A stretch of 64,000 nucleotides of DNA, from the IMG/VR virus record IMGVR_UViG_3300029286_000029; one strand, 5' to 3'. The notes under the pieces were generated by a model. It was not told the DNA's origin. It ran no database searches and saw only the letters and a list, made by a program, of their open reading frames with translations. Below are positions 62,001-64,000 of the stretch, in pieces (the first letter of the stretch is position 1; each line of letters starts with the position of its first letter). A program made the position numbers and the translations under genes. Source of the DNA: a virus.

Positions 62001-64000
62001 TTTTTCTCTTTCCGACAGCAAAATCATTAAGATTGGTTCGGGCTTCTGGATCTAAGGCGACTCCTTTTTCATCACGACCGATCCCCCTGGTTGTTGAATA
62101 ACCCTCTGGCAGGAGTTCATTCTTATATTTTTCTTGGATATCGACAGAAATATTATTTTTATCAACTACATTTATCGGTAATTTATCTAAAACTTCCGTG
62201 GCATTCATTGCCGGTCTAACTTGCTCCTTTTTGATTTGCGGTCTTAATTTCTCGCCAAGAGTAACCAGATCTTTCCATTCCTTCATTTGTCTCTCTGCTG
62301 TAGGTAACATCTGATTCCCCAGCTGGTTTATAGAGACAGCTACTCGTTGAAGTTCTTTTTGTATCTGTTCTTCTGATTTGACTTCCTTTTTGAAGTCTAA
62401 AACATTCTTACGTGATACTTGTTCCAAGAAGTTTAAAGCCTCCCACTCATTCGTGATTGGGCCGAGATCTTTAAATCTATTATCTAATGGATATTTCTTT
62501 TGATATTCAACTCTGGCATTATCATATTTTTGTAACGTCGGAGCATCAAAAGTAAGTTGCTGTGGAACAGCTTCTTTAAGTTTTATTGTTGGAAATAATC
62601 CGTCTGAATATTGATTGATTGTCGTCGCAGACATCTTGTACGCTTCATCACTTGCCATTCTATTGCGTGGATCCATTTTCCTATTTTTATATCCCATTCC
62701 ATGTAATCCGGTCATAATTATCCCTTCTTTTACTGCGTCTTGAATATCAGCACCTTGTATTAACGACCAAGCGGTAGTTCCTAGACCGACATGAGCATAT
62801 CCCTTGATTGTCTGGCCTCCCTTACCATAGACACCAGCAGAACCCAAAAGAGTACCGTAAATGGTATCAACGGCTGCTTGTTTAACATGATTTGAAAAAT
62901 CAAATTCTTCTTGTCCTGTCATTTCTCTTCCCGTCAATCCAAGTTGACCCCAAGCAGTAAGAAGAAGGGCATTGTTTTTTATTGAAGTTCCAACGGTAGT
63001 CCATTTTCCAACCTTCGCAACATTACCCACATCAGTAATAAGTCCCGCTGTCTTCAGTGCGCTATCGGCAACATTAACAGCTTTTTTAATTCCGAGAAGT
63101 GATTTTGCCCCCTTAATTCCAAGACCTATACCCTTACCCATAAGACCGATACCAGTCAGCATACCGACAAGATTACCGGCGAAGTTACTGATACCGCCAA
63201 CAATACCAGATTCCTTTGTTGGGGCGGTTCCAGGCACAATCCCTGCCGTTCCTCCGCCAACAAGTCCTTTAGCAAATTCACCAACTACTGGAATTTGATT
63301 ACCCAGATTCGACATATTTTCTTTAAAGGCTTCGCCAAAATAACTCCACATACTAGGACCTTCTTGCCATTTTTTAGCGATTTTTTCAGCCACGTCAACT
63401 GGAATATAACCTTTATCATCTGGAATGGGTATTCCTTTTGCCTCTTTATCTTTCCAGGTTAAAGCCATCACTTTAGCCTGATTAAGATCAATCTTACCAT
63501 TGGCTAACAGGGTAAGAGGAACAGACTGAACGGCTGTTTTTTGGGCGTGAGTTATATTATCAAAAATTTGTAAATTTCCCAGGGTATCAGCTCCACCAAT
63601 CCAAAGAGGAACGATGTGATCTACTTGATAATCTTGTGGGGATAATTTACCTAAAACTTTTTGTTTGGCACCAGGATTGATTTTGTAATCCATGATGGCT
63701 CGAGTAGATTTCACCATCTTACCCGGCTGGGTTGGATCCACAGCATATTGTCCACCACCCATGTCTAATGGCCAGTTTCTAAGATTTGTTTGATCTGATG
63801 GATTAACCCAATTACCGTTTGCGTCAGTAGGCGCAAACTGATTATAGCCCTCAGGAAGAGGTTGTGTTTTTGTTGCAGTATTTCGAATTGTCGGTTCAAA
63901 AACCCCCGACTGATAGTTCTCTACCTGCTGTGGGGCAATAGGTTGTCCAAGAGGAATCCCTGTTTCCACTTGTGTTGCTGATGGAACAGACTTTTTATTT
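59020..64000 (-). CDS. Giant protein of more than 1649 aa, 5'-partial. The annotated GTG start at 63969 has no upstream in-frame stop within the window. It has an HNH-like His-Me finger near the N-terminus and Gly-rich and coiled segments. Candidate tape-measure or ejected virion protein.
   Basis: DHIVPLWIGGADTLGNLQIFDNITHAQK is HNH-like. GKGIGLGIKGAKSLLGIKKAVNVADSALKTAGL is a Gly-rich segment. The ORF is open beyond position 64000. Confidence 0.65.
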   Translation of the reverse strand, partial: NKKSVPSATQVETGIPLGQPIAPQQVENYQSGVFEPTIRNTATKTQPLPEGYNQFAPTDANGNWVNPSDQTNLRNWPLDMGGGQYAVDPTQPGKMVKSTRAIMDYKINPGAKQKVLGKLSPQDYQVDHIVPLWIGGADTLGNLQIFDNITHAQKTAVQSVPLTLLANGKIDLNQAKVMALTWKDKEAKGIPIPDDKGYIPVDVAEKIAKKWQEGPSMWSYFGEAFKENMSNLGNQIPVVGEFAKGLVGGGTAGIVPGTAPTKESGIVGGISNFAGNLVGMLTGIGLMGKGIGLGIKGAKSLLGIKKAVNVADSALKTAGLITDVGNVAKVGKWTTVGTSIKNNALLLTAWGQLGLTGREMTGQEEFDFSNHVKQAAVDTIYGTLLGSAGVYGKGGQTIKGYAHVGLGTTAWSLIQGADIQDAVKEGIIMTGLHGMGYKNRKMDPRNRMASDEAYKMSATTINQYSDGLFPTIKLKEAVPQQLTFDAPTLQKYDNARVEYQKKYPLDNRFKDLGPITNEWEALNFLEQVSRKNVLDFKKEVKSEEQIQKELQRVAVSINQLGNQMLPTAERQMKEWKDLVTLGEKLRPQIKKEQVRPAMNATEVLDKLPINVVDKNNISVDIQEKYKNELLPEGYSTTRGIGRDEKGVALDPEARTNLNDFAVGKRKSDGKIYFPVNEKSQKIGTLINNEAISSGTPPPISNPENTLRGFMKDTNTGEFLPIGYFTQPKGISEKNPLSTNKPYIDMVNRFKSTWLNSPDANSLMEIINKDKAFKDSPITIEKAQELFAMKNQVPAMTNEDILRNLQPSNSLVKYTIDNSMVTPRMKELDIPVLIVDVTKISPIGAGENIKDPSIEFNVTRNDYLRSLATKDVNPTTPITPEKTPVSPQPADFQPDFVKRKMAELGTPISLEETTRKADLAPKMPQNAIKVSEVAQPSSQIVSKAISSKMSTKDPIDVSTNEFFGDMVDKIENLKIKPTNPSSHEKILMDVVKGFKRKNPGLKEEDFKTAMSTAKGRATIFVQDFIDSTYKGTKYFGTDDTYARTKKSESDNVLIKRYNELKRKETGSGIEGDNGVILKPFEKTEMNDLESKIKKYIQLQQETQNINVKAQNEKRPLTSDEIKQVANLNKQRFTLTQNYLGGKDTSLVLANKFNLKLKEPNENGVQYLELDKKGNPMFSDEFRNTLNNKDLSPIDYWGSMLGDEIKLYKDNLSSTSKEWATDIKNMEKSEHPYAKGFARAFDSAMSEKFDIKDKNTGQTRYGWEGSWKLNSSLRNITRNWFNLTNEEGYSHSQPYRRIAAITAGKSSADISKAVGRADVQTRKISEQNRLDRLDKIAGGKAPVIPEGMRVKDENQIKNVSEDLTPFDMMTNGLLNAEARNQLINEYNSLRKEIGGVGLVKPELSSQMKLLFEQIKKLSANIPDEVKTWKLGSKIVLKNSGEPTFEEGLKDGLNVAASIFKMKKSANYVDFDKLKDSLKKKFDLLDPKGQGGPTKNDGQGGPISNIWGGIKNVLSNTRVYQAPEKQIPNLDTKKFLQGIGTNETSIVKGDKYSSHQPSGYSNLGSAMGKYRVTEGELSSYGPRYVGRKITKQEFLSSPELQDTYMINKAIYLNNLGYSPAEIADIHNKGMTNSYPPGSGKYQNPNYVKNFNSIYNATSSLSD

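Noticed and set aside
1-64000. CRISPR array, integrase/att site, transposase
   Set aside because: I scanned for regular repeat-spacer arrays and for recombinase or transposase motifs. I found none. The only regular repeats are coding-sequence repeats, the iteron-like CCATCAGACA array and the promoter family.

Overview
Phage assessment. The window reads as a contiguous piece of a large, AT-rich (about 33-35% GC) tailed dsDNA phage or prophage genome. The evidence is dense, strand-blocked small genes, many HNH endonucleases, four tRNAs, and phage-encoded GroEL/GroES and peptide deformylase.

Layout.
- 1-11.5 kb, minus strand: head morphogenesis and packaging. A family of small proteins with an N-terminal MKTKKSILK tag, a candidate portal, the large terminase, a candidate small terminase, a 1104-aa protein, an HU-like protein and a SAM methyltransferase.
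- 11.5-15.9 kb: tRNA and moron region. tRNA-Trp, tRNA-Tyr and tRNA-Pro interleaved with HNH endonucleases, an RmlD-like reductase, and a GC-rich (about 48% GC) island with structured non-coding DNA and an orphan ORF.
- 15.9-26 kb, plus strand: early-type block of many tiny AT-rich genes without Shine-Dalgarno sequences, typically in a TAATAA..ATG context. It ends in a three-gene operon that appears newly recognisable: a GS-like amidoligase, a stand-alone class-II glutamine amidotransferase (N-terminal Cys, HNG motif), and an HExxH protein coupled to it by an ATGA overlap. Stacked terminators follow.
- 26-42 kb, minus strand: groES, a Ros/MucR-like C2H2 protein, an NrdH-like glutaredoxin and tRNA-Asn. 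A consensus-promoter-driven non-coding region of about 420 nt separates these from groEL, a SNF2 ATPase, an HTH regulator, an HNH protein, a Fic-domain protein, a HAD phosphatase, a type IV pilin-like protein, an SPFH/band-7 protein, ParB, and an HNH/sugar-nucleotidyltransferase fusion.
- 42-59 kb, plus strand: replication and recombination. An initiator carrying internal iterons, a DnaC-like loader, a primase-helicase, a methyltransferase, RecA, SbcCD, RuvC-like, peptide deformylase and a phosphoesterase, plus HNH proteins with a repeated Cys4 module.
- 59-64 kb, minus strand: a giant protein of more than 1649 aa that runs off the window edge.

Recurring sequence signals.
- An extended, partly palindromic sigma70-like promoter, CTTGACAAGT-N-TATACT with a 16-nt spacer, occurs at about eight sites.
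- The motif ACGGGACTGTG occurs twice, each time 13-14 nt upstream of a morphogenesis gene start.
- A closed structured RNA element of about 107 nt lies in the 5' leader of a small membrane-protein gene.

Limits. No tools were run. Every call below rests on reading motifs in the supplied sequence and ORF translations.
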